64,000 bases of DNA from positions 13,018 to 77,017 of the forward strand of contig DAHWUD010000002.1 in NCBI GenBank assembly GCA_027331445.1. Reading direction: 5' to 3'. Positions 32,060 to 43,048 of this stretch are shown piece after piece. The notes below the pieces were generated by a model that saw only the letters and a list, made by a program, of their open reading frames with translations, was not told where the DNA came from and did not search any database. The stretch is from Candidatus Amesbacteria bacterium (GTDB lineage Bacteria; Patescibacteriota; Microgenomatia; CAZETR01; Amesbacteraceae). Position 1 is the first letter of the stretch; every line of letters begins with the position of its first letter. Both the position numbers and the translations under genes were made by a program.

Positions 32060-32994
32060 CCGTCCTTCGGCACCAGGCTTTTTTCCGCCGTCGTCATCAC
32101 CACCTGTCCTTCATAATTTTTTACTACCTCCACCACCTCCTCCCGATGTTTATAGTCTAATTCCGAAAAAATATCGTCGAGCAGCAACATCGGCTCTCCA
32201 CCCAAATATTTTATTTCGCACTGTTTCAACCACCACACCGTCATTCTCTGTTCTCCCCGGCTGCCGTATTTAGATACGTCTTTACCCTCCCACTTCAGCA
32301 CGAAATCATCCCGGTGCGGACCCACCAAAGTCGATCCTGCTGCCACCTCTTCCGCCTCGTATTGTTTCAGCCTTATCTCCGAAATTACACTCCTGTCATA
32401 AAAAAATCCGGTCGCATCCAAAAATTCCTGCCTTTTCCGGGTTATATATTCGCCGTCTTTAATAAGCAGCCTGTCCCAAAACCACAATTGGTTCCTTTCC
32501 GCTTCCCCGTCCCTGATCAAGTCCAAAAGCCTGTTTCTCTGCCTCAGCCCCTTCTCATAACTGACAGCGCATCTTCTATATTCTCTGTCCGTCTGGGAAA
32601 TCACCATATCCAGGTACCTTCTCCGCCCGGATGGGTTTCCCGTCACCAGTTCCATATCTGCGGGCCCAAACATCACGGCTCTCACCCGCCCCATGGCATC
32701 TATCATCCTCCTGGGTACTCCGTTCACCTCAAATTTTTTTCGCCCTTCATTCATTATCACCGTAATTTCATCTTCGCTTTTCCCCGTCACCCTAAAAAAA
32801 CTCTCCCTATATCTCAGCATCTCTATGTCTGCATCCGCCCGAAAACTCTTCCCCACAGCTAATAAATAAATCGCCTCAACTAAATTACTCTTTCCGCTCC
32901 CATTGGGTCCCACCACCAGTGTCCTATGTTCCAACTCAAATTCCCTTTTTTGATAACTTCTAAAATTTTGTATTTGTATCCTATTTATCTTCAT
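32038..32994 (-). CDS. recF: DNA replication/repair protein RecF
   Basis: GPNGSGKSN, GPHRDD, SRGEQR, LLLDDIFSELD. Confidence 0.95.
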   Translation of the reverse strand: MKINRIQIQNFRSYQKREFELEHRTLVVGPNGSGKSNLVEAIYLLAVGKSFRADADIEMLRYRESFFRVTGKSEDEITVIMNEGRKKFEVNGVPRRMIDAMGRVRAVMFGPADMELVTGNPSGRRRYLDMVISQTDREYRRCAVSYEKGLRQRNRLLDLIRDGEAERNQLWFWDRLLIKDGEYITRKRQEFLDATGFFYDRSVISEIRLKQYEAEEVAAGSTLVGPHRDDFVLKWEGKDVSKYGSRGEQRMTVWWLKQCEIKYLGGEPMLLLDDIFSELDYKHREEVVEVVKNYEGQVVMTTAEKSLVPKDGWNIINL

Positions 32995-33020
32995 AATTAC
33001 TTCCCCATTATAATAACTTC

Positions 33021-33975
33021 ATGCCTCATACCCAAACCTTGCTCCTTCCCGGCTGGCAATCTTGGACTCCATGTCGCCCTTCTCTTCTCTACTCTCCCCC
33101 CTATATTCACTCACCCTTTGGTGAAACTTCCTGGTCCGTTCAATTACCGCGCAAACATCATCTCAAACCCCCCGCTCGCGGTTGGAACTCCTGGTCTGCC
33201 TTTGGAAAATCCATTTCCGCTGCCAAAATCCTTGATAATGCTCGTCTCCTGTCTCAATACCTGAAATCACCAGAATATGTCGTCATCGATGACGGCTGGA
33301 CATCTTGGGGCAACTGGAATTCTGCATCCCCTGCCAAATTTCCCCAAGGGTTAAAACCTTTGGTCACACATATAAAATCATTAGGCCTAAAAACCGGACT
33401 CTGGTTAGCCCCTTTCCTTACATATCAAACCACCCCAACCAAACTACGCATCTTTCCTTACAAATATCTAATTGATTTGGAAAACCCTCACGTCCTCAGA
33501 AACTTGTACCAACAAATAAAAATTATCATCGAAGATTGGGGCATAGACTCCTTAAACTAGACTTTCTTTTTGCCCTCCACTTTCATCCCCGCTACACCTC
33601 CTCTGCCATCCCCAACCAACTCCTTTCCACATTTCTTAACCACCTAAAAACTACCTATCCCCATGTCTATACTATTGCCTGCGGTTGTCCTCTCGGCCCA
33701 GCCGTCGGCCTTGTCGATGCTATGCGCATTAGTAGTGACATCACCATTCCACAGCTCTTTCATCTTTGGCCCCTAAACTCTCTCGTCCACTCGGACCGGC
33801 TTTCCATTCTAGAATCTAATCTAAAGTTCCGATCTTTATCCCAACAAATCTGAAGCCTTGATCCCGACGTCCTAGTCACGTCTCCCAGTACCGGATTCAC
33901 CCCTTCCCAGGTTCATCGCCTAGCTCACCTAATTTCTTCAGCTCGCGGTTTAATATTTTTAGGCGATGACCTCAC
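33021..33975 (+). pseudogene. GH36-like alpha-galactosidase pseudogene
   Basis: GWNSW, IDDGW, KFPQGL, GLWLAPF; frameshift before KLDF (about 33550); DAMRISSD; in-frame TGA at 33851 before LDPD; end approximate. Confidence 0.8.
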
Positions 33976-34844
33976 TAAACTTGGCACTTCGGACAAAAAT
34001 AAGTTCCCCGCCCTCCCATAGCCATGCGATGAATTGTTCCCCCATCGTCTCGCAGGCAATGCTCGCCCTCTCTATCATATGTCTTAAAGTGATCCTGATA
34101 ATGCCCACCCAGGCCATGTAAATCAATATATTTAGCATCTGCCGCCGTCGCTCCCCCGTACTTAATTCCTTCCCTCAGCACCTTCTTCACTCCCTCAAAC
34201 AACTCCCTGTATTGTTTTGCCGTCAACGAATTCGCCGGCCGCCGCGGATCCACTTTAGCCTCCCAGCAGGCATCATTGGCATATATATTCCCCACTCCGG
34301 AAATCTTTTCCTGGTCCATCAGCGCCAATTTTATCGGCTTTTTTACTTTCTCAAATATCTTAACAAATCTTTCTTCATCGACATCAAACGGTTCCGGCCC
34401 CAGACTCTTAATAAACTTCAAATTATTTATTTCCTCCGTTTTCCCTGTAATTACCCACCCGAACATCCTCTGGTCATTAAAATACAAAGTTCCCCGGTTC
34501 ATTTTAAAAATTACCCGCGTATGTGTGCTGGGCAGCGGTCCCAAAAAATCTTCCGTCGGATGTCCTCCTACCACCCGATCCTTCCAGGTTTTAGGATTAT
34601 CATCTTTGTCATACACCAGCTGCCCCGTCATTTTAAAGTGAAATGCCATGGACAAGCCGTCACTCAGATCCATCATCAATACCTTGGCCGCCCTTCTCAC
34701 CCCCAGGACTTTCTTTCCTTCCGCCCTCCTTATATCACCTTGCACCGTTTTATTTCCCCTCACGGTTATACTTACGATTTTTAATCCCACCAGTACCTTT
34801 TGCAGCTGTAATTTTACTGTCTCAATTTCAGGCAGTTCCGGCAT
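33975..34844 (-). CDS. mutM: Formamidopyrimidine-DNA glycosylase
   Basis: MPELPE, HFKMTG, GVGNIYA, C-terminal RGTYFCPKCQ. Confidence 0.96.
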   Translation of the reverse strand: MPELPEIETVKLQLQKVLVGLKIVSITVRGNKTVQGDIRRAEGKKVLGVRRAAKVLMMDLSDGLSMAFHFKMTGQLVYDKDDNPKTWKDRVVGGHPTEDFLGPLPSTHTRVIFKMNRGTLYFNDQRMFGWVITGKTEEINNLKFIKSLGPEPFDVDEERFVKIFEKVKKPIKLALMDQEKISGVGNIYANDACWEAKVDPRRPANSLTAKQYRELFEGVKKVLREGIKYGGATAADAKYIDLHGLGGHYQDHFKTYDREGEHCLRDDGGTIHRMAMGGRGTYFCPKCQV

Positions 34845-35940
34845 ATTTACTCACCAATTCTACCATCCTTTTCTTGAATTCTTCCTTTGAAAATCTTTTC
34901 GCCTGTTTTTTTATATATTCTGTATTCCACTTTAATTTATTAAATTTAATTATTGCGGCATTTACACCTTCTAGCGTCAGTTCGTTAACAAACACTCCCG
35001 TCTTATTTCCCTCCACTGTTTCCAAATATCCCCCCTTCCTAAACGCCACCACTGGCATCCCATACATCTGCGGTTCCACCGTCGTCATGCCAAAATCTGC
35101 CTCCGCTTCCAAGGCCAAAAACCCCTTAGCCTGGGCCAATAATTCCGCTTTTCTTTGTTCACTCACTTCACCCAAATATTCCACCATCTGGCCATTTATC
35201 TTACTTACGATTTCCTTTCCACTCGCTCCAATCGGCCTGCCAGCAATTTTCAATTTAAACTTGTATTTATTTGCCGCGGCGACAGCCAGTTCAATATTCT
35301 TACTGCCCACGATTCGCGAAATAATGAGAAAATAATCCCCCTTTTCAGCTTTTTTAAAATCCCGTACCCCCTCAATTGGCGGATAAACCACTTCCGCTTC
35401 TCTTCTATAAAACTTCCTTATTCTGTTGGCCACATTCTTTGAATTCGCGATAAAGGCCAGCGGTCGTTGGGCCAGCTCAAAATCTGTCATTCGCAAAAAA
35501 TGATTAACCGCCGCGGACACCGGCCGCCAATACCATTTGTACCGGGCAGAGGTAGCCGTGGGATAGCCATACAAAAATCTCGGTGGCGTATGACAATAAG
35601 TAATTAGCTTTGTCTGCGGTCCAATTTTTACGGCATTGGGGAAATACCCCCCAGTCTGCGACACGATTACTACGTCGAAATCAGACAAATCCATGCTGGA
35701 AAAAAACTTGGGCGAAATTGCCGTGTAATAACTAATCCAATTTGGTAAAAACGGTAAATATTTTCCCCATGATTCATGAATTTCCCACTTACTCATCACC
35801 CCAGCCATTCGTCCCCAAAATTTAGGAAATTTAAATGCCGTATACACTGGCGCCTCAGGCCAAATTTCTTTAAATGCCGCAAGGACTGCCTCCGCCCCTC
35901 CCGGCTCCTTCAAATAATCATGAACTAAAGCAATTTTCAT
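34828..35940 (-). CDS. Glycosyltransferase family 4
   Basis: ALVHDYL..GGAE, YCHTPPR, DFGMTTVE, GGYLETV. Confidence 0.92.
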   Translation of the reverse strand: MKIALVHDYLKEPGGAEAVLAAFKEIWPEAPVYTAFKFPKFWGRMAGVMSKWEIHESWGKYLPFLPNWISYYTAISPKFFSSMDLSDFDVVIVSQTGGYFPNAVKIGPQTKLITYCHTPPRFLYGYPTATSARYKWYWRPVSAAVNHFLRMTDFELAQRPLAFIANSKNVANRIRKFYRREAEVVYPPIEGVRDFKKAEKGDYFLIISRIVGSKNIELAVAAANKYKFKLKIAGRPIGASGKEIVSKINGQMVEYLGEVSEQRKAELLAQAKGFLALEAEADFGMTTVEPQMYGMPVVAFRKGGYLETVEGNKTGVFVNELTLEGVNAAIIKFNKLKWNTEYIKKQAKRFSKEEFKKRMVELVSKYAGTA

Positions 35941-36836
35941 TCAAATAACTTAGCTTGCTTATCATCTAACTTCGCTTCTTCTCCGGTAATTCGTTTAATT
36001 AAACTCTTGTACCCCAGCTCAACTAACACTTTCACTATCGTCTCCTGATCTGGAATTACACATCTTTTTTCCTCCCATGTTACTGGCGCATCCAGTCTGA
36101 TCGTCGCCAATTTTTGCGACAAAATTGCCGCTTCATACCCTTCGGCCAGTTTATTCCGCAGCTTCTCCGGCACATTTTTCAAATTCTCGTACACCTTTTC
36201 CAGCGTTCCATATTCCGCCAACAGGTGCCCCGCCGTCCTGGGTCCAATTCCCGTCACTCCTGGATAATTATCACTGCTGTCTCCCACCAATCCTTTGTAA
36301 TCAATTATTTGGTTTGAATGCACTCCCATCCGCTCCAATACTTTTTCTTCATCCACTATCACCATGTCTGTCATGCCCCTAAGTGGCATATATAACTTTA
36401 CTTTGTTATTAACTAGCTGCATCAAATCCCTATCTCCTGTAATAATTACCACCTCTTCCTCCGCCTGTTTACTAATTGTTCCGATCACATCATCTGCTTC
36501 AAATCCCGGCGCTACAAACACCGGCACCTTCATTTTTTCAAATACGATCTTCAGTTTCTCCACCTGCCCCCAAATATCTTCAGATACCTGCCTCTCCTTT
36601 TCCCGGTTAGTTTGATATCCCACGTACATTGTGTGCCGGAATGTCGGCTCGGGGCTGTCAAAAACAACCGCCAGATGCGTAGGCTTCAGCTCCTCCATCG
36701 CCTTGAGTAGCATCGACAAAAACCCGTATACTCCCGCCGTCGCTTCGCCGCTCCTGTTTCTCCAGTCTGGCAGGGCATAATACGCCCGGTGCAGCACCGC
36801 ATTCCCATCAATTACCAACAGTCTCTTCACACTCAA
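35937..36836 (-). CDS. Stand-alone 5'-3' exonuclease (PolI N-terminal domain)
   Basis: IDGNAVLHRAYYA, FEADDVIGT, TGDRD, GDSSDNYPGVTGIG; no polymerase domain. Confidence 0.92.
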   Translation of the reverse strand: MSVKRLLVIDGNAVLHRAYYALPDWRNRSGEATAGVYGFLSMLLKAMEELKPTHLAVVFDSPEPTFRHTMYVGYQTNREKERQVSEDIWGQVEKLKIVFEKMKVPVFVAPGFEADDVIGTISKQAEEEVVIITGDRDLMQLVNNKVKLYMPLRGMTDMVIVDEEKVLERMGVHSNQIIDYKGLVGDSSDNYPGVTGIGPRTAGHLLAEYGTLEKVYENLKNVPEKLRNKLAEGYEAAILSQKLATIRLDAPVTWEEKRCVIPDQETIVKVLVELGYKSLIKRITGEEAKLDDKQAKLFE

Positions 36837-36844
36837 ATTTTACA

Positions 36845-38761
36845 CTAAGCCGTCATAATCTTTTCAAATTCATCCCCGTCCATGGTTTCGATCTCCATCA
36901 ATCTGGCCACCACGGCATCCATCTTTTTCCGGTATTTGGTCAATATCTCCTCTGCGCTCCGATAGCCCTCATCCAGAATTCCCTTTACCTGCACATCTAT
37001 TTTAGCCTGCATCTCCTGCGATACCGGCGTCTGCTCGTAATATGCGCGGCCCCAGTCCACTACATCCTGCGTCGGTCCGTAATTGACCGGGCCCAAATCG
37101 CTCATCCCATATTCCATTACCATGTCCCTGGCCACTTTTGTCGCTTTATCAATATCATTGGCCGCCCCGGTGGTAATTTCCCCGAATACCAGCTGTTCTG
37201 CCGCCCGCCCGCCCAGCATCATCGCAATCTGGGCGACCAGCCGCTTTTTCGTTTCGTGCACCCGGTCCGTGGTCGGCGGCACCAGCGTATGCCCCAAAGT
37301 CATTCCCCGGGACACAATGGAGATCCGGTGTACCGGATCCATTCCCGGCTGTGCCCAGGACACAATTGCATGCCCTACCTCGTGATACGCCGTCATTCTT
37401 CGCTCGTCTTCCGTCTGCATCCGCCGCTTCTGCGGCCCCAGTTTCACTTTCGTCGCCGCCTCCTCAATATCCTTCATGGAAATCTGCTTCCGATTCTCCC
37501 TGGCCACAGCAATCGCCGCTTCATTCAGCATATTTTCCAAATCCGCCCCGGAAAATCCCACCGTCCGCCGGGCCACTGCTTCCCAGTTAATATTCGCCTC
37601 AAACGGCTTGTTCCGGGCATAAATTCCCAAAATTGCCTTCCGTCCTTCGATGTCGGGCATATCCACCACTACCCGCCGGTCAAATCTTCCGGGCCGCAGT
37701 AAGGCCGGATCCAGCAGATCTCCCCTGTTGGTTGCCGCCAGCACCACCACATTGTCATTGGGGGTAAATCCGTCCATTTCCACCAAAATCTGGTTTAAAG
37801 TTTGCTCCCGCTCGTCATGCCCTCCCGCCAGTCCGTACCCCCTCTGCCGTCCGATCGCATCAATTTCATCGATAAAAATTATTGACGGGGCCGCTTTTTT
37901 CGCCGTCGCAAACAAATCCCGCACCCGGGCGCTTCCCACTCCTACCAGCATTTCCATAAACTCTGACCCCGCCATGGAGAAAAACGGCACTCCCGCCTCC
38001 CCAGCGACGGCCCGGGCCAGCAGGGTCTTTCCCACCCCCGACGGTCCCACGAGTAATACTCCCTTGGGCGTCCGGGCCCCGACCGCCTTATACTTAGCCG
38101 GGTTTTTCAGAAAATCCACCACTTCCTCCAATTCTTCTTTAGCCTCATCTACCCCCGCCACGTCCGCAAACTTTACCTGCTGTTTGCCCTTGTCAAACAA
38201 TTTCGCCCGCGACTGGCCGAAGGAAAAGATCGAGTCCTGCGCCCCCCGCGCCTGTCTGAACATATACAAAAGCACGACCAATACTATTCCCGTGCCGATG
38301 ATGCTGGGCAGCACCGCCGCCACTATTTGCCCCAACGTTTGGTCTTTAATTTCATATTTCACTTTGGTCGGGTCAATCTTGGCCGCATCCAGCATCTGCG
38401 TAAAGCTTTCCGTACCGTCCCGCCGCGAGTACATTACATCCGTGGGGCTGTCTTTGTACGTCAGCGCCAGCCTGTCACCATATACCTCCACCTTATCCAC
38501 TTTCCCGGCCCTGATATCAGCCAGAGCCTGCGACAATTGAATCTCCGTCCCCGCTTTTTGCCCCGACGACCACAATTCCAGAAGCGACAACCCCATCAAA
38601 ACCAGTACCGCCAGCCAGATTAGCTTCTGGAAATCAAACCGCATCTGCACGACTATCCCCTTGACCGGCTTTTTTCCGTTTTTACCCGGTCTTACATTCT
38701 TCACTTCTTTTTCCTGGTCCCTATTTTCCGGGTGATCTTTCTTTAACGCTTTTAGTGCCAT
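36845..38761 (-). CDS. ftsH: ATP-dependent zinc metalloprotease FtsH
   Basis: GPSGVGKT, FIDEIDA, RPGRFDR, HEVGH. Confidence 0.98.
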   Translation of the reverse strand: MALKALKKDHPENRDQEKEVKNVRPGKNGKKPVKGIVVQMRFDFQKLIWLAVLVLMGLSLLELWSSGQKAGTEIQLSQALADIRAGKVDKVEVYGDRLALTYKDSPTDVMYSRRDGTESFTQMLDAAKIDPTKVKYEIKDQTLGQIVAAVLPSIIGTGIVLVVLLYMFRQARGAQDSIFSFGQSRAKLFDKGKQQVKFADVAGVDEAKEELEEVVDFLKNPAKYKAVGARTPKGVLLVGPSGVGKTLLARAVAGEAGVPFFSMAGSEFMEMLVGVGSARVRDLFATAKKAAPSIIFIDEIDAIGRQRGYGLAGGHDEREQTLNQILVEMDGFTPNDNVVVLAATNRGDLLDPALLRPGRFDRRVVVDMPDIEGRKAILGIYARNKPFEANINWEAVARRTVGFSGADLENMLNEAAIAVARENRKQISMKDIEEAATKVKLGPQKRRMQTEDERRMTAYHEVGHAIVSWAQPGMDPVHRISIVSRGMTLGHTLVPPTTDRVHETKKRLVAQIAMMLGGRAAEQLVFGEITTGAANDIDKATKVARDMVMEYGMSDLGPVNYGPTQDVVDWGRAYYEQTPVSQEMQAKIDVQVKGILDEGYRSAEEILTKYRKKMDAVVARLMEIETMDGDEFEKIMTA

Positions 38762-39281
38762 AACGTGTTGATTTTACTCCACGTTGTCCCTTCTTACCAT
38801 CTCCCACGATCTGCTTTACGGCCTGAAAAATATTTCCGTTTGTTTCCACCAGTCTCACCTTTGTCCCCGCCGCCAGCCCGCACTCCATATCTGCTACGCT
38901 GTTTCCCACCACCCACGACCGCTCCACATCAATCTTCAGCTCCTCCGCCGCCATTCTCACCAGTCCCGGTTTGGGCTTACGGCATTCACAATTCTCATCC
39001 ACGTTATGAAAGCAGCAATAAAACGCGTCAATATTTCCTCCCAACTTTTCATTCAGTTTTTTATGCATCCCGTGCACATCTTCCTCCCGCATCAATCCCC
39101 TAGCCACCCCCCGCTGGTTAGTTATCACCACCACCAGATACCCGCTTTGTTTAATTAAAGCAAGAGCTTTTTTCGCTTCCGGTAAAATTTTCATTTCTCC
39201 CCAGTTCTTCACATAATCATGCTCCACCGGTTCTTTATTAATTACCCCGTCCCGGTCGAGAAATATCGCCCTTTTCTTCAT
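38721..39281 (-). CDS. gmhB: D,D-heptose 1,7-bisphosphate phosphatase (HAD IIIA)
   Basis: FLDRDGVIN, ITNQRG, C.H...CECRKPKPG. Confidence 0.85.
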   Translation of the reverse strand: MKKRAIFLDRDGVINKEPVEHDYVKNWGEMKILPEAKKALALIKQSGYLVVVITNQRGVARGLMREEDVHGMHKKLNEKLGGNIDAFYCCFHNVDENCECRKPKPGLVRMAAEELKIDVERSWVVGNSVADMECGLAAGTKVRLVETNGNIFQAVKQIVGDGKKGQRGVKSTRYGTKSVKERSPGK

Positions 39282-39285
39282 ATCC

Positions 39286-40419
39286 CTATTTTACCCCCGA
39301 CCTTCTGATTACCCCCGCCTTCTTCATCTGTTCCTCTGCTTCCTTCGCATAATCCTTGTCCAATTTTTGCTCCCTCACCCCAGAAATATATTCTTTCACA
39401 ACTTCTCCCTCAGTCATCTGGACTTTCCACCCGAGACTCTGTAATTTGGAAATGTCCGACACCGCATCCCGGATATCTCCCACCCGATATTCTCCATTCG
39501 CTGTCAATTTTTCCTTCCATCCCACCTCCGCCGCAATCATTTTTGCGAGATTCAGAACGGTGATCCCTTTTCCTCCACCCACATTGAAATTCTCATAGTC
39601 CGCCCTTTCGTCTTCCAGTACGAGCGCATTCGCCCGCGCCACGTCATACACGGAAACATAATCTCTTAATTGCCCCCCGTCTTCATAGATAGACGGCGTC
39701 CGGCCCAAGAGCATTTGCAGGGTAAAAATCCGCAGAGCCCCGGAGTAAGCATCCTTCAATGACTGCCGCGGTCCATGAACTATTGAATATCGCATAGCCA
39801 CTGACGGAATATTATTCAGCCGTCCCAATTTTAAGGCAATCATCTCCTGGGCATATTTAGAAATGGAATATTGGTTCGCCGGGTCCTGATGCGTCTCAAC
39901 CAACTTCAATGACACGACTTCTTTTCCGCAACTTGGACACACTGGTTGCCATTTGCCCCGCTTTAAATTTTCTTCCCGCCGCATCTCGCAATTCACCACC
40001 CCATGAATTTTACACCGACCTCGGCCCTCCCCATAAACGAACTGGGAGGATGCTACGATCACTTTTTTAATTGGCAGTTTTTTCTCCGCTATCAATTCAT
40101 AAATCAAAGCTGTGCTAGTCACGTTGGTATCCATAAACTGACTGTATACAGGCATTAAATCCATCATCGCCGCCAGGTGAATTACATAATCCACGCCCTT
40201 GAGGGCCCGCACCATGGTTGCCCGGCTTCTTACATCCCCCTTAATTTTCTCCCAGCTGGGTCTTACCCAGGCGGGCCATCCGTTAAAATGGGTTTTGGGA
40301 TTCAGGTTATCCAGAATCCTGATTTTGTACCCTCTTTTCTCCAGCTCATCCGCCGTATGACTCCCGATAAACCCCGCTCCCCCGGTAATCAACACCTTTC
40401 TGCGGCTGATCGTACTCAT
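39286..40419 (-). CDS. NAD-dependent epimerase/dehydratase
   Basis: TGGAGFIG, YSISK, RDYV, RVGDIR. Confidence 0.92.
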   Translation of the reverse strand: MSTISRRKVLITGGAGFIGSHTADELEKRGYKIRILDNLNPKTHFNGWPAWVRPSWEKIKGDVRSRATMVRALKGVDYVIHLAAMMDLMPVYSQFMDTNVTSTALIYELIAEKKLPIKKVIVASSQFVYGEGRGRCKIHGVVNCEMRREENLKRGKWQPVCPSCGKEVVSLKLVETHQDPANQYSISKYAQEMIALKLGRLNNIPSVAMRYSIVHGPRQSLKDAYSGALRIFTLQMLLGRTPSIYEDGGQLRDYVSVYDVARANALVLEDERADYENFNVGGGKGITVLNLAKMIAAEVGWKEKLTANGEYRVGDIRDAVSDISKLQSLGWKVQMTEGEVVKEYISGVREQKLDKDYAKEAEEQMKKAGVIRRSGVK

Positions 40420-40488
40420 AACCGAGATAATATCACAATCATTGACATTAACGGGGATCTTTCATAAACTACAGGTCTATTTACGAAA

Positions 40489-40779
40489 ATGTCTGAAGCC
40501 CTTCCCCTTCCGTCGATACTTGCTGAATTTGCCCAAGCAGACAAACAAGCTTGTCCACATAAAGACAGAATCTTCTGCAAGCACCCCATTTGTTCTATAT
40601 TTCTCATGTTGGATCGAAAAATCCTTCGGGAAATGATTAAATCGGGAGTCAGGTCCACAATGGGAACAGGCGACCTAGAAAAATCCGGGCCGTTTGTGCT
40701 CCCGGATGGTGCAGATATAGCTGCGGCAATTGGCAACCCAATTGCCATGTGTAACCGCCCTAACCAGTGTAACCGATAA
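40489..40779 (+). CDS. Small Cys-containing hypothetical protein
   Basis: Preceded by TTGACA-17-TAAACT at 40442-40470. Confidence 0.5.
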   Translation: MSEALPLPSILAEFAQADKQACPHKDRIFCKHPICSIFLMLDRKILREMIKSGVRSTMGTGDLEKSGPFVLPDGADIAAAIGNPIAMCNRPNQCNR

Positions 40780-40884
40780 CTTTCTCTGGGGAAAAACCTC
40801 ATGTTTTGTGCCAAAGATCTTTTGATTGCCGCAAGCGCCTGCTGGCCCTGCACCTGAATAATCCCAAATTAACCCAGATTCGTA

Positions 40885-41874
40885 TTATTTAAAATTTCTC
40901 ACTTCTTCTACACTCATTACATCAATCCTTTTATTACAGCTGGTTACTTGAGACCCGTCATCATATTGAGAGTGGTAATTACCGCTCTTCATACCTTTAA
41001 CCCCATTCATTTCCCGTGCCAAAGTTACATTATGGCCCAAGCTTTCCGCCGCCACCCGTACTTCCGCCTTCTTTTCTTCGCTTTCTTTCATCACAAATGG
41101 TTCACTGGCCCGATAATCAACCTTAATAATCTCTTGGCCTTGGAACCTATCCGAGTTTTCCATTCCCTTACGTACTTCTTCCGTCAGTATTCTTGATCGT
41201 TTCATATGAATTCCCACCGTCACCAAAGTTGCTTCTTTGCAACCCATCTCCTGGGCCCCAATCAACGACACCATTGCATCATGATACGAATTCTCATTTT
41301 CCGGCTCAAATACAAAAGTCACCCTCTCCAATCCTTTCGTACCGTTAATAAGATGATTTACCAATTCCTTGGCATTAATCATCCCCTGAGACCAACCATC
41401 CGGAGCCCACTTCTTCATATCTTCCGTCCTACCAGCCGCCATAAATACCACCGGATCCTTCCCATCAACCAAAGTTTGCCTCACCAATTCAGCCGCAGCC
41501 TTAACGTTGTATTCCGCTCCTGCATACCTAGAATTTCCCGGTTCCTCAGTCAGCCAAGTACTGTTTGGCCTTGCAGTCACATCAACAGGCCAGTTAAAAG
41601 TCGGGTGATCTTCAGGTCCAAAATTTCCTTTGCTCGGATCCCTTACGACTGCCTTCTCCAAAACATGAGTAGGTTTCATCAAATCGACTCTTGCTCCAGA
41701 CTTAACAGAATCAATAACTTTCTGTCGTTTTTGCTCATCTCTTGCAATATTCAGATCCTCAACCTCCACCCCCACCCCTCTTCCAAACACAATTATGGCC
41801 CGTTTTTCTCTGGATCTCGGCTCTATTTCAGATGTAGGTTCAATTTCTACTCTTTTCACTTGGAGACTTGGCAC
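40885..41874 (-). CDS. Divergent DUF218 (YdcF/ElyC)-like protein
   Basis: IIVFGRG..FMAAG..ENENS..LVTVGIHMKRS pattern. Confidence 0.55.
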   Translation of the reverse strand: MPSLQVKRVEIEPTSEIEPRSREKRAIIVFGRGVGVEVEDLNIARDEQKRQKVIDSVKSGARVDLMKPTHVLEKAVVRDPSKGNFGPEDHPTFNWPVDVTARPNSTWLTEEPGNSRYAGAEYNVKAAAELVRQTLVDGKDPVVFMAAGRTEDMKKWAPDGWSQGMINAKELVNHLINGTKGLERVTFVFEPENENSYHDAMVSLIGAQEMGCKEATLVTVGIHMKRSRILTEEVRKGMENSDRFQGQEIIKVDYRASEPFVMKESEEKKAEVRVAAESLGHNVTLAREMNGVKGMKSGNYHSQYDDGSQVTSCNKRIDVMSVEEVRNFK

Positions 41875-41936
41875 TTCAATTGATATGAATTCATTATACT
41901 ATAAGATATAAAATAGGTCAATATAAAATATTATAG

Positions 41937-42646
41937 CTACATCTTTAAGTTATATCCTCCCCTCAAAAACGCCTCCAGGCCTCTTTTTTCCTGGCTTTCA
42001 GTCAGTTTATACGCTTTAGTATTTTTGGCCTTTTCAAATACTTCCGCCCTGGCCAGATTTTCCGCCGTCAAAATCTCCTCCGACCCTCGAAATTCCAGTT
42101 TCAAATCTCTGAACTCCGGCCGTTCATTAATTTCCTCCGCCATGGCCCGGGCCCTGGGAATATGCACCCCCACCGTCACGAAAATCAGCCTGTTTATTCC
42201 TCTGCCCTTACCGCCTCTTTCATTGATTGTTGTAAATCGTCCATTGTGTGTAGGTTACTGGGATACGTATATACCAGCCCTTCTTCATCAATAACTTTTC
42301 CCCTTTTCCCCATCTCTTCTATAATTTTGGCTTTCAAAACCTCCCCTTCCGTAATCCGCGCCTCCATGTCCTTTAAATAGGGCGGATATCCTGCCGCCAG
42401 ATATATCGCTGCCACTTCATCCTTTTTTTGCAAAAATAGTACCGCCGCCGCTTCGGCGTTTATTTCCCCTCCGCCGTATCTCACTCCCGCGTCTTCCGGG
42501 TCCGCATCAGTGATTACTCCGGTATGTCTGGGCCGGTCACCTCTTAAATCCATTTTTTCAAATAGCCCTGTCGGTTCCCATTTTGCCGAATTTTCATTCC
42601 ACCCGATTCCCCTCCCCAATAACACAATCACCGCTTTCTCGTCCAT
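41937..42646 (-). pseudogene. Frameshifted DUF218-like paralog
   Basis: VIVLLGRG..YLAAG.., then a frameshift near 42205 into RLIFVTVGVHIPRA. Confidence 0.65.
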
Positions 42647-42655
42647 ACAATTATT

Positions 42656-43003
42656 TTATCTCACCTTACTTCCAACCGGTAACCCCTCCGCCGACACAAA
42701 CACCGGTTTTACGTTTCCGTGTTCCCCAAATGGCAATTCCAAACCATCGACAGCCAATATCATCCCCTGCGATTCTTCGTCCATCATCCTGCGGTATTCC
42801 AGATTGGTCACAAACAAAAATTTTTTATTCAGAAAATCTTCCGGTGTATAGCCGTAATTTCTTACCCCGGTAAATATTACTCTCTTTTCCGTGCCAAAAT
42901 CCACCATTAATCTGATTAATTTTTCTGATCCTTCTTTATTCACTGCCTCCGCTACCAAACCGACTCTTATTTCAATCTTGGAAAAATCATCAATAGTGAT
43001 CAT
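42656..43003 (-). CDS. tRNA-binding OB-fold protein (Trbp111/MetRS C-terminal-like)
   Basis: IDDFSKIEIRVG, SEKLIRL.VDFG, NLEYR..ESQGMILA. Confidence 0.9.
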   Translation of the reverse strand: MITIDDFSKIEIRVGLVAEAVNKEGSEKLIRLMVDFGTEKRVIFTGVRNYGYTPEDFLNKKFLFVTNLEYRRMMDEESQGMILAVDGLELPFGEHGNVKPVFVSAEGLPVGSKVR

Positions 43004-43048
43004 AAATTTTATTATAGCTCACCCCAGAGGAGAGTTATAATATCCCTT

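Noticed and set aside
37650-38540. Long antisense ORFs opposite ftsH (similar ones opposite radA, rpsA and pyrG)
   Set aside because: Shadow frames of well-supported genes, with no recognisable motifs.
40416-40853. 145-aa minus-strand ORF
   Set aside because: Overlaps the + strand 96-aa ORF, which has a good promoter; the choice remains tentative.
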